Assembly (NCBI GenBank): GCA_963805975.1
Contig: CAWDVR010000001.1
Span: forward strand, 736,001 to 800,000
Reading direction: 5' to 3'
DNA from: an uncultured Acidobacteriota bacterium
GTDB lineage: Bacteria > Acidobacteriota > Thermoanaerobaculia > Multivoradales > SZUA-115
Length of the DNA: 64,000 bases
Part shown: positions 12,086-21,546 of the stretch, in pieces
How the letters are laid out: each line of letters opens with the position of its first letter
Numbering within the stretch: position 1 is the first letter of the stretch
Position numbers and translations under genes: made by a program
Notes under the pieces: model-generated
Database searches by the model: none
Seen by the model: only the letters and a program-made list of their open reading frames with translations
Told to the model about the DNA's origin: nothing

Positions 12086-13320
12086 TGAGCCCCGGTGAGG
12101 CGGTCTCGACCGCCCTCGAGGACCTGGCGGCGCACAAGCTACGCTCGCTCCTCACCATGCTCGGCATGATCTTCGGCGTCGGCGCCGTCATCGCCATGCT
12201 CGCCATCGGCGCCGGTGCTGAGCGCCAGGCGCTGGCGCTGATCGAGCGCCTGGGCCTCTCGCAGGTGCTGGTGCGCGCCCGGGAGCTCAAGGGCGAGGAG
12301 GTCGAGCGGGTGCGCGCCAAGTCGCTGGGCGTCTCGCTGCGCGACGCCGAGGCCATCGCCGCCGCCCTGCCCGAGGTCGAGCGGGTGGTGCCGCGCATCA
12401 GGGTCGAGCCCTACAAGGTCTACTCGGCGGCCGGCAAGTCGGGCGCCCAGGTCTTCGGCGTCTCGCCGGACTATGCCCGCGTGGCGGGGGTGCGCCTCGC
12501 CGAGGGCCGCTTCCTCGATGCCCGCGACGAGGCCACGCATGGCCAGGTCTGCGTGCTCGGCGCCGGCGCGCGGCGCGACCTCTTCGGCTACGGCCCGGCG
12601 GTGGGCCAGGACGTGAAGGTCAACGACGTCTGGCTCGAAGTGATCGGGGTCGCCGAGGCCGGGGGCGGCGGGGCCGATTCCTTTCAGGGGGTCTCGATCG
12701 GCTCCTCGACCGAGGAGATCTTCGTGCCCGCCTCGACCGCGGCGCGCAAGTTCGACGTCAACTCCCTGGCCTCGCCGGTCGACGAGCTGGTGGTGCGGCT
12801 CCACGAGGGGCGCTCGGCCGAGAGCGCGGCGGCGCAGATCGAAGCGCTGCTGAGGCGCCTGCATGCCGGCGAGCGCGACTACGAGCTGATCGTGCCGGCA
12901 CTCCTCCTCGAGCAGAGCCGCCGCACCCAACGGCTGTTCAACGCCGTGATGGCCTCGATCGCCGGCATCTCGCTCCTGGTGGGTGGCATCGGCATCATGA
13001 ACATCCTGCTCGCCACCGTGCTCGAGCGCACGCGCGAGATCGGCCTGCGCCGCGCGGTGGGGGCCCGGGCGCGCGACATCCGCTTTCAGTTCGTGGTCGA
13101 AGCCTTCACCATCAGCCTGATCGGCGGCACGGCCGGCATCCTGCTCGGCCTGGGGCTCGCCCGCGGGGTGGCGGCCTGGGCAGGCTGGGAGACGCTGGTG
13201 ACGCCGGCCTCGGTAGTTCTCGCCACCGGGGTCGCGACCCTGGTGGGCCTCGCCTCCGGGTTCTATCCCGCGCATCGCGCGGCGTCGCTCGACCCCATCG
13301 ATGCCTTACGCTACGAATGA
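12082..13320 (+). CDS. MacB/FtsX-family ABC transporter permease
   Basis: KLRSLLTMLGMIFGVGAVIAM; ISLLVGGIGIMNI; ERTREIGLRRAVGA; DPIDALRYE. Confidence 0.92.
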   Translation: MMSPGEAVSTALEDLAAHKLRSLLTMLGMIFGVGAVIAMLAIGAGAERQALALIERLGLSQVLVRARELKGEEVERVRAKSLGVSLRDAEAIAAALPEVERVVPRIRVEPYKVYSAAGKSGAQVFGVSPDYARVAGVRLAEGRFLDARDEATHGQVCVLGAGARRDLFGYGPAVGQDVKVNDVWLEVIGVAEAGGGGADSFQGVSIGSSTEEIFVPASTAARKFDVNSLASPVDELVVRLHEGRSAESAAAQIEALLRRLHAGERDYELIVPALLLEQSRRTQRLFNAVMASIAGISLLVGGIGIMNILLATVLERTREIGLRRAVGARARDIRFQFVVEAFTISLIGGTAGILLGLGLARGVAAWAGWETLVTPASVVLATGVATLVGLASGFYPAHRAASLDPIDALRYE

Positions 13321-13338
13321 CCCCGAGAGGATGAATCG

Positions 13339-14332
13339 ATGCGTCTCAAGCTGCCCCTGATCCTGATCGGTGCGACTCTGCTCTTGGCCTCCGCAGTCCC
13401 GGGCGCCGCCCAGCCCGAGCCCGACTTCCAAGACGAGCGTGCCTGGCCCGCTACCCCTGGCGGGCGCCTGGTTCAACCTCGGCTCGATGAACAAAATGTT
13501 CACCGCGGTGGCCGTCGCCCAGCTCGTCGCGCAGGGCAAGCTCGGGTTTGACGACCCCGTCAGCAAGTGGCTGGGGCCGGACTGGCTGAAGAAGGAGTAC
13601 GCCGACGCCATCCAAGTGCGGCACCTGCTGTCGCACACCTCGGGCCTGGGCAGCTTCTTCACGGAGAGCTGGGACCGCGCTTCCCGGGCCCTGTACCGCA
13701 CCGTCGAGGACTACAAGCCCCTGGTCGCCGCCGAGGTCCCCGCCTTCGCACCCGGCCAGGGCTGGCAGTACAGCAACACGGGCTTCGTCGTGGCCGGTGC
13801 GATCGTCCAGAAGGCCAGCGGCCAGGACTATTTCGACTACGTCCGGCAGCACATCTAGAAGGCCGCCGGGATGGAGCGTTCCGACAGCTACGCCATGGAC
13901 GAGCCGGTCGAGAACCTGGCGATCGGCTACTTCAAGGACATTGGCCCGGGCGGCATGCGCTGGAAGAACAACCTCTTTGTGCATGTCATCCAGGGCGGGC
14001 CGGCCGGCGGCGGGTACTCGACTGTCGGCGACCTGGTGCGCTTCGGCCAGGCACTGCGCTCGGGCAAGCTGGTGCGGCCCGAGATGGCCGAAGTGCTGTG
14101 GAGCCCGAAGCCCGAGCTGGGCTCGCCGGAGTACGGGTTCGGCTTCGGCGTGCGCGGGGGGCCGGGCAACCGCATCGTAGGCCACAGCGGCGGGTTCCCC
14201 GGCATCAGCGCGCAGCTCGATCTGTTCCTGGACCGGGGCTACAGCGTGGCCGTGCTTGCGAACTACGACACGATCGCGGGCCGGGTCGCCGAGCGGATCC
14301 GCGAGCTGCTGTCGCGAGTACCGGTCAACTGA
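13339..14332 (+). pseudogene. Serine hydrolase (beta-lactamase class C/PBP family), disrupted
   Basis: Signal peptide in one frame; SMNK (SxxK), LLSHTSG, YSN and HSG in another frame; N-terminal region missing; in-frame TAG at 13856-13858. Confidence 0.8.
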
Positions 14333-14461
14333 GGGTGAGAGCCGACTGATCTCCGGCGGCGGCGAGCGGCCATTCCTCCACGGCTTACGTCGGCTGTTGC
14401 AAGGACATCAATAGCTCTCGGCAGGCCGCTCCAAGGGCTTTTTCCCTGTCATAATCGCCGG

Positions 14462-16273
14462 ATGCTTCGCCTGGTAGCGTACGCACCGGACGGTGTGCGG
14501 CGGTTCCCCATCCATCGCAACGAGCTGATGATCGGCAGCGAGCCCGGCTGCGACGTCTATCTGCCCTACACCGGCGTGGCGCAGAACCACGCCCGGCTGC
14601 GCTTCGACGGCGAGCGCCTGCGCATCGAGGATCTGGGCAGCCGCCGCGGCGTGACGGTGGGCGGCCGCCGGGTGAAGGACGCGGCGCTCGAGCTGCTGGA
14701 CGAGGTGCGCCTCGGCACGGTGACCCTGCTGGTGGAGGACATCGCACCCGAGGCCCGCCTGCCGCAGCTCCCCTCGCCTTCCGCGCGGGCGGTCGCGGCC
14801 CGCGAGCCGCGCATCACGCCCGAGGTGATGCTCCATCACCTGTCGCAGATCTCGAACTGGGTCCTGGCCGACGTCGAGAGCCGCACGCCGCTCGAGAGCC
14901 TGGTCACGGCGCTCCTCGCCGACCTCGGTGGCGGCGCCCTCTTCCTGCTGCACGGGGACCTCTCCGTCGAGCTCGGGAGCAAGTTCGTTGCCGCCACCCA
15001 CTCGGCATGGCTCTCGGCCGGGGTGGAGCTCCTGGAGCAGGTCCGCCGGCACGCCGAGGGGCGCCCGGTCCCCTACCGCCAGGAGAGCTTCCCGGGAGCG
15101 CTCGGCGGCGCGCCCGCGTGGGTCGCCTACCACGCCTTCGAGGCCGTGGAGCGGCCCTATCTGCTCGTGGTGGCGCTGCCGCGGTTCACCGGCGAGGGCT
15201 GGTCGCCCTCCGGCTCGCTCCAGGTGCTCGGCGACCTCCTGGTGCTCGGGCTGGTGCACCACGTCGGCTGGTACGAGCCCATCCTGCCGGGCCGCCTGGT
15301 GCAGCGCGACCTGGTGCTAGACCCGGCGCTGGTGGTGGGGGAGTCCGAGACGATGAAGGCGGTGGTCGAGCAGCTCCGCCTGGGGCTCGACCCGGAGGTC
15401 CACGCTCTGCTGCGCGGCGAGCCGGGGGTGGGCAAGGAGCTGGTGGCGCGCTCGCTCCACGCGTCGAGCACCCGCCGCGAGCGGCCGTTCGTGGTGGCCA
15501 CCTGTGCCGGCGCGCCGCCGCCGGTGCTGGAGGCGGACCTCTTCGGCGCCGAAGTGGCGGGCAAGGACACCGTGGTGCGGCGCGAGGGCAAGCTCCTGCT
15601 CGCCAACGGCGGCACGCTCTTCCTGGCCAACGTCGAGAAGCTGCCGCTCGAGCTGCAGGCGCGGCTGGTGCGCTTCCTGCGCTCGGGCGAGGTGGAGCCG
15701 ATGGGAGGCTTGGGCGCCGTCAAGGTCGACGTGCGGCTGATCGCCGCCTCGTCCGGCCCCCTCGAGCCGCACGTGGCCCGCGACACCTTCCGCGTCGACC
15801 TCGCCTACCGCCTGTCGCAGTTCATGATCGACGTGCCGGCGGTGCGCGAGCGGCGGGAGGACCTGCCGCTGCTCCTCCAATCGTCGATCAACCGCTGCTG
15901 CCACGAGACCGGCAAGCGCATGCAGGGCATCACCGTCAAGGCGATGTCGGCACTCCTCGCCTACGACTACCCCGGCAACCTGGCCGAGCTCGACAACGTC
16001 GCCCGGCAGCTCGTCTACCTCTGCCCGGCGGGCAAGCCCATCGACCTCAACATCCTGCCGGAGAAGATACGGCTCGCGACCGTGCAGTCCGCCGGGCGCG
16101 TGGACGCGACCTCCGACCTCGACCTCGAGCACCTGCTCGCCGCCACCGAGCGCTCCGCCATCCGCGAAGCCCTGCGCCGCGCCAACGGCACCAAGTCCCA
16201 GGCCGCCCGCCTCCTGGGCCTGTCGAGAAACGGCCTGGCGATGAAGATGGAGCGCTACGGGATCAAGGCGTAG
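14462..16273 (+). CDS. FHA-domain sigma54-interaction/Fis-family regulator with degenerate AAA+ domain
   Basis: FHA-like region (IGS...VAQNHA...DLGSRRG), GEPGVGKE Walker A, RERREDLP, YPGNLAEL, C-terminal HTH AARLLGLSR. Confidence 0.88.
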   Translation: MLRLVAYAPDGVRRFPIHRNELMIGSEPGCDVYLPYTGVAQNHARLRFDGERLRIEDLGSRRGVTVGGRRVKDAALELLDEVRLGTVTLLVEDIAPEARLPQLPSPSARAVAAREPRITPEVMLHHLSQISNWVLADVESRTPLESLVTALLADLGGGALFLLHGDLSVELGSKFVAATHSAWLSAGVELLEQVRRHAEGRPVPYRQESFPGALGGAPAWVAYHAFEAVERPYLLVVALPRFTGEGWSPSGSLQVLGDLLVLGLVHHVGWYEPILPGRLVQRDLVLDPALVVGESETMKAVVEQLRLGLDPEVHALLRGEPGVGKELVARSLHASSTRRERPFVVATCAGAPPPVLEADLFGAEVAGKDTVVRREGKLLLANGGTLFLANVEKLPLELQARLVRFLRSGEVEPMGGLGAVKVDVRLIAASSGPLEPHVARDTFRVDLAYRLSQFMIDVPAVRERREDLPLLLQSSINRCCHETGKRMQGITVKAMSALLAYDYPGNLAELDNVARQLVYLCPAGKPIDLNILPEKIRLATVQSAGRVDATSDLDLEHLLAATERSAIREALRRANGTKSQAARLLGLSRNGLAMKMERYGIKA

Positions 16274-16591
16274 CTGTTCAGGCCGAAAAGCTCTCCGCTC
16301 CCCTCCAGAGTGCAAGGTTGTCTGCTGCACAGTTTGCCAAGCCACAGGAGGGATTGGAGCCTGCGTGCCGGTCCAGTAACTAGGAGAGAAACGAAGCGCA
16401 TACTTCTCACCTTGGCTCGCCACCTGTCATCCCCAGCTATCGCGGTAGGTCGCGCCGTCAGCTTCCCGGGGCGCTAACCCCTCGGCCGCATATTCAGGGC
16501 CGTAAGCTCTGGCTGACCTACCATCGCGAGCCGCGGCAGGTTCGAAACACCCCAACGGCGTGAGTCAGGGGCACCTGCGCAGCAGCCTTCG

Positions 16592-17113
16592 CTACGAGCT
16601 CACGCCGTAGCGTTCTCTCAGAATCCCCAAGTGGTGGTTGGTGTGCCCGGCCATGATGAAGGCCAGGGCGCGGACCGAGACTGGGTGGCCGTTGGCGGTG
16701 CCGACCCGCTGCCAGGCTTCCGGAGGCAGGTTGCGGAACAGGGCGAGGTTGGCCTTGCGGACCAGGCCCAGCTCGTCGACGAGCGTCGCCAGCGGCAGCT
16801 CGTGGTAGTTCGAGGCCACGATGTACTGGTTCTCGTCGAAGCCCGGGAGGGGCGTCTCGTCGCCACGGCCGATGCGGAACGCGCGTTGGCCGAAGATCCG
16901 CTCGGCGTCGATCAGGTGGCCCATCACCTCGCGCACGCTCCACTTGCCGGGCGCGTAGCGATGCTCCTCCTGTTCGGCGGAGCAGGCGCCCGCGAGGCGG
17001 CGGACCTCCGACTCCTGCTCGGTGAGAAGCTGCAGCACATCCCCGTCCGGCACTTTGGAAATGTAGCCGGCGTAGAAGGTCGCGTACTCGGACGTCTCGG
17101 GCCTCTCGACCAT
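16592..17113 (-). CDS. DinB family protein
   Basis: RPETSEY...YAPGKWSVREVMGHLIDAERIF...GHTNHHL; GGAGGGG ribosome-binding site before ATG 17113. Confidence 0.9.
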   Translation of the reverse strand: MVERPETSEYATFYAGYISKVPDGDVLQLLTEQESEVRRLAGACSAEQEEHRYAPGKWSVREVMGHLIDAERIFGQRAFRIGRGDETPLPGFDENQYIVASNYHELPLATLVDELGLVRKANLALFRNLPPEAWQRVGTANGHPVSVRALAFIMAGHTNHHLGILRERYGVSS

Positions 17114-17310
17114 CGTTCCCCTCCCGTCTGTTGGAGCCGAAGTATAGCGGCGCGCGCGGGTCCGACCTGAAGGCCGGCGTGTAACAAAAAGAGGCAGCCC
17201 GGTGCCCACCTTCATCGGCTGTCCTCCCATCGGGCGCTCGGCCAACCAACGCAGGGATCTGCGCCGTGCCTCCTGGCCGTTGCACCGGAGAGGTGTTGCG
17301 GACAGGAGAG

Positions 17311-18705
17311 ATGATGAAGAACCGTACGGCACCCCGTTCCATCGCGACCGCGGCGCTCGTTCTCGCCGTCCTCTCCTCCGGCCCGGCCCTGTTCGCCCAG
17401 GCTCCCGTGCGGGTGAACACGCCCGGAACCGCGTTCTCCCCGGAGGGGCGTGGCGGGCAGGTGGTGGTCGAGGACGTGGGGGACGGGCGCCGATTTCGCG
17501 GCCAGGCCTTCGCAACCGTGACGTTGAGAGCCGTGCTCCAGATGCCTCCATCCAGCTCGGCCGAGCCCAAGATGCAGCGGCTCGCTGTCCACTTTCGCAC
17601 CAGCCCGTCAGGCCCGTCGCTGCGGTCCGTGGAGCTGCGCAACGGATCGAAGGTCGAGTTTCACATCGAAACCCACCTCGCGGGAGACTTCACCGCGAGG
17701 GAGACGACCCAGCCGGAGGCCGTGGCCAATACGTGGGTCTTCGACCGGGCGCCGATCAGTGTGAGCTCGCAATCGGTCCTTCGTCTGGAGGTGCAGTTCC
17801 CCGGCGGCTTCGACAGTCAGATCGATCCCGGAGAGCTCTTCCTCACCGCGGTCACGGTTGATTTTCCGCGCAAGCTCGGAACGGTTTCGGAGACGTTGCC
17901 TCTGAACGAGCCGTTCCAGCGGCTGGCGACGCCACGAGTGGTTCCGCCAGCGTCTACCGGTGTCCTCTACGCGCTGGCCGAGAACAACGACCTGCTGTGG
18001 TACGGCCACAGTGGATGGGCTGACGGCAGCTTCCGGTGGGCGGCCCCGGTCGGGAAGATGGTGGGGACGGGGTGGGGCTTCAAACAGGTGTTCTCCGGCG
18101 GCGACGGTGTGATCTATGCGATCACGTCGAGCGGCGACCTGCTGTGGTATCGCCACGACGGGCGCGCCGATGGCAGCGTCCGGTGGGCAGCCCCGGAAGG
18201 AAAGAAGGTCGGCACAGGGTGGGACTTCGAACAGGTGTTCTCCGGCGGCGGCGGCGTGATCTACGCCATTACCGCCAGCGGCGACCTGCTGTGGTATCGC
18301 CACGACGGGCGCAGCGATGGCAGCGTCCGGTGGGCGGCCCCGGAAGGAAAGAAGGTCGGCACGGGGTGGAACCTCCCACACGTCTTCTCCGGCGGCGGCG
18401 GCGTGATCTACGTCGTGACGGCCAACGGCGACCTGCTGTGGTATCGCCACGATGGGCGCGACGATGGCACTTTCCGGTGGGCAACCCCGGAAGGAAAAAA
18501 GGTGGGCACCGGCTGGACCTTCAAGCGGCTCTTCTCTTCCGGGGGCGGCGTGATCTACGGCGTGACGGCCACCGGCGATCTGCTGTGGTATCGGCACGAT
18601 GGACGCAGCGATGGCAGTTTCAGATGGGCGGCATCCGAAGGAAGGAAAGTCGGCACGGGGTGGACCTTCCAGGACGTCTTCTCCGGGGAAAGCCTGGCAC
18701 CATGA
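17311..18705 (+). CDS. Secreted tachylectin-related carbohydrate-binding beta-propeller protein with N-terminal beta domain
   Basis: Signal peptide; five 49-aa repeats GVIYAIT..GDLLWYRHDG...W...GKKVGTGW.F..VFSGG. Confidence 0.82.
   Translation: MMKNRTAPRSIATAALVLAVLSSGPALFAQAPVRVNTPGTAFSPEGRGGQVVVEDVGDGRRFRGQAFATVTLRAVLQMPPSSSAEPKMQRLAVHFRTSPSGPSLRSVELRNGSKVEFHIETHLAGDFTARETTQPEAVANTWVFDRAPISVSSQSVLRLEVQFPGGFDSQIDPGELFLTAVTVDFPRKLGTVSETLPLNEPFQRLATPRVVPPASTGVLYALAENNDLLWYGHSGWADGSFRWAAPVGKMVGTGWGFKQVFSGGDGVIYAITSSGDLLWYRHDGRADGSVRWAAPEGKKVGTGWDFEQVFSGGGGVIYAITASGDLLWYRHDGRSDGSVRWAAPEGKKVGTGWNLPHVFSGGGGVIYVVTANGDLLWYRHDGRDDGTFRWATPEGKKVGTGWTFKRLFSSGGGVIYGVTATGDLLWYRHDGRSDGSFRWAASEGRKVGTGWTFQDVFSGESLAP
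17959..18690 (+). repeat. Five tandem 147-bp intragenic repeats (tachylectin blades)
   Basis: Units start at 17959, 18106 and so on, with high nucleotide similarity. Confidence 0.9.
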
Positions 18706-18722
18706 GCTCGCGAACGTGAGTC

Positions 18723-19079
18723 TCATCCACCCACTGCGAAGGCCTGCCCGAGAAGAGGACGAGGCGAGGGCGGCGGCACAGGGCGGGTCGAGCGCCGGAA
18801 CTCGGACGGCGTGCAGCCGAAGGAGCGACGAAACGCGGCCGAGAAGTGACTGTGGCTGGAGAACCCGCTCTCGAGCGCCAGGGCGGTGAGATCGTTCGCG
18901 TGGGGAAGCTCGGCCAGCGCGTGGGCGAGACGAAGCTGGATCAGGTACTGGTGGAGCGAGGCGCCCTCGACGCGGCGGAACACGTCCGTCAGATAGGCGG
19001 GGGAGGCCCCCACCGCGCGCGCCACGTCGGCGAGCCGCACCGGGTTCTCGAGCTCGGCCTCGAGAAACTCCTTGGTGCG
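18723..19079 (-). pseudogene. AraC-family regulator, C-terminal HTH fragment only
   Basis: RTKEFLEAELENPVRLADVARAVGASPAYL...GFSSHSHFSAAFRRSFGCTPSEFRR; no N-terminal domain. Confidence 0.8.
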
Positions 19080-19467
19080 GCGGGAAGAAGGCGGCGCAGC
19101 TCCAGCTCTCGCCCAGCGGGTCCGGCGTTTCGGTCTGGGCGATCCCGGCCAGCAGGCCGCGGTTGTTCTTGACCGGCCACGCCACGTTGCTGTTGGGCCC
19201 GCCCAGGGTGCCGAGGTCGAAGCGCGCCCCGTAGAGCCAGAGCGTCGCGTGCCGGCTCTGGTCGCCGGACAAGTTCGAGTAGCCGGCCACCCAGGCCAGA
19301 TCGTTGATGCTGTTGCCTCGGCTGTTCGTCCCGCCGAGAGAGGAGAGGTTGAAGATGGAGTAGGTCGAGGAGCCGTGTTCCGCCGATGTCTCGCCCGGGT
19401 CGCCCAGGACGCTGATCGCCACCAACGCTACGGCAGGCACCATGAACCACGCGAGTCGCTTTCTCAT
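19080..19467 (-). pseudogene. Secreted HAF-type extracellular repeat protein, N-terminal fragment
   Basis: AGGAGG ribosome-binding site, signal peptide, LSSLGGTNSRGNSINDLAWVAGYS, DLGTLGGPNS; breaks abruptly into AraC sequence. Confidence 0.72.
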
Positions 19468-19669
19468 AGGTCCTCCTTGTTGTAAGCCTCGGAAGTCGAC
19501 ACCGGTGCAGTGTCCGCGATCCAAGTCGGAGCGGGCTATCAGAATCTTTCGGCGAACCCATTCCGTTCTCTAAAGCATGCCCATCGGCACCTTCCTGACT
19601 AACCGCCTTGGCGATCGCGCGTCCAATCCGCTGATGCCTGGAACGAGCACGCCCCGAGAGGAGCGCCGG

Positions 19670-21426
19670 GTGGTGAACGAGCCCCTCGCACGGCGCTCGC
19701 GGTGGCGTGCGTCGCTGGCGGCTCTCGCGTTGGCCGGCCCGCTCTCGGCGGCTGCGGAGCCGATCGAGCGCGTTCCAGCGCCGGCCGCCTTCGTCGGCGT
19801 TGGGGTCATTCCCCTGGACGGGCCGCGGGTGCTCGCCGATCACACCGTGATCGTCGAGGGCGGCCGCATCGTGGCCCTGGGGCCCGCGGCGCAGATGCAG
19901 GTTCCGGAAGGCGCGCGGGTGATCGACGGTCGTGGCCGCTACCTGCTGCCGGGCCTGGTGGACATGCACGTCCATCTCGACCATCGGCTCGGCTCGCGGC
20001 CGGACTTCGGTGACGCGCCGCTGTACCTGGCGCACGGCGTCACCACGGTGCTCAATCTGCGGGGCGAGGCGGAGCACCTCGCCCTGCGCGAGCGGATCGC
20101 CGCCGGAGAGCTCTTGGCGCCGACGCTCCTCACCTCCGGAGACTTCATCAACGAGCCGCGGGTGAGGACCCCCGAGGAAGTGGAGCAGGAGGTCGAGCGC
20201 CAGGCCGGGGCGGGCTTCGACGTGCTCAAGTTCCACGAGGTCTTCGATCTCGAGACCCGAGCGATGCTCACCACCGAGGGCCTGTCGCGCGAAGCGTATC
20301 GACGGCTGATTGCCAGCGCCCGCGAGCGCGGGATCCTCCTTCTCGGGCACCTCCCCGAGCGTTTCGGGGTCGAGGAGGCACTCGCGGCGCGGCAGTCGCT
20401 GGCCCACGCCAACGCCTACCTCTTCGGCTACTTCTGGCCGCACAAGACACGCGCCTTTGGCATCTTCCGCTGGCTCGCCCTGGTTTCGGCCGGCATGCTG
20501 GCCACCGCTGCCGTCGCCTGGCTCGGCATCGCCGCCGTCGGTCGCGGCCGGCCCGGTGGGCCCTCTGCCGGACGGTCCGTCGGCTTGGCCCTCGTCGTCC
20601 TGGCGATGATCGCGACCGCGGCCCTCCTCGGCCGCGAGCTCGCGGACCTCGACTGGCTGGGCGGCCGCCGAGAGCTCCGCGCGTTCACGGCGGCGGGCGC
20701 CTTTCTCCTCGTGCTGGCCGCGACGACCCTGCGGCTCGGCGCCGCTTCCCTACGGCGAGGCGCGAAACGCGTCGTCCGCGCGTCGGCCCTTGCCACGATC
20801 CTGGGCGCCGTGGGCCTCTCCGCCTCGCTGGCCTACTGGCTGCCTCTCGCCTGGCGATCGAGCGAGCGCGGGCTCGAACACGTTGCCGTCGCCACGGCGA
20901 GGTCCGGAATCTCCGTCGTCACCACGCTCACTGTCGAGAACGTCTTCGCCCCGGGTGAGAGGCCGGAGGTCCGCTACCTGGTCCCTAAGCTCGGGAACGC
21001 TGGCGCCAGTTCACCGCCCGCGCCGATCCCTTCCGCGTCGAGCGCGCGCGCCGCGGCATCGGCTTCTTCCAGAGCCTGGCCGGCGCCCTGCACCGCGCCG
21101 GGGTGCCCCTCCTCGCCGGCACCGACGCCATGGGCTTCCCGTGGATGATCCCGGGAGCCTCGCTCCACGAAGAGCTGGGCCTCCTTGCCGGCGCGGGCCT
21201 CAGCCCCTACGAAGCTCTCCGCACCGCAACCGTCAACCCCGCGATCTTCCTCGGCCGCGAGAACGACCTCGGCATCCTCGCTCCCGGCAAGCGCGCCGAT
21301 CTCCTCCTGGTCGACGGCAACCCGCTCGAGTCGCTCTCTCACCTCCGCGACCCAGCGGGTGTCATGCTCGCCGGCCGCTGGCTGCCGCGCGAAGAGCTGG
21401 TGGCTATGCTGCGGAGGATCGAGTAG
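19670..21426 (+). CDS. Amidohydrolase family protein with inserted transmembrane segment; frameshift near 20992
   Basis: LLPGLVDMHVH; after the shift LLAGTDA, SLHEEL, ATVNPA, GKRADLLLVDGNPL. Confidence 0.78.
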
Positions 21427-21525
21427 CTACCGAGGTGCGGGATCCAACCAGTTCTCCACCACCAGGCCCGGCACACGAGAGAACTCGCGCACGTTATCGG
21501 TCACCAGGATCAGATCGAGATCCAA
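21427..21525 (-). pseudogene. VapC/PIN toxin C-terminal remnant
   Basis: Manual translation LDLDLILVTDNVREFSRVPGLVVENWLDPAPR*, matching the VapC C-terminal LVTxNxREFxRVPGLxxENW pattern. Confidence 0.75.
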
Positions 21526-21546
21526 GCGGGGTTGCCTGCTCCTGCC

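Noticed and set aside
9256-13320. 1354-aa ORF suggesting a giant MFP-permease fusion
   Set aside because: It is a composite of a shadow frame, the MFP3 N-terminal half, out-of-frame sequence after the 11650 indel, and the permease. The true MFP C-terminus lies in another frame with a normal ATGA junction.
13856-13858. In-frame TAG as possible stop-codon recoding (pyrrolysine or alternative code)
   Set aside because: TAG terminates many intact genes in this window, and this gene carries a second lesion.
16274-16590. Lower-GC intergenic region as a possible sigma54 promoter or ncRNA
   Set aside because: The TGGC...TGC match has the wrong spacing (N8 instead of N10), and I could not recognise any RNA family or convincing structure.
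17959-18690. Regular repeats as a possible CRISPR array
   Set aside because: They are in-frame 147-bp coding repeats with no unique spacers and no cas genes.
17608-19524. 638-aa minus-strand ORF
   Set aside because: Only the ~130 codons from ATG 19467 are genuine. The rest is out-of-frame AraC sequence and the antisense of the tachylectin gene.
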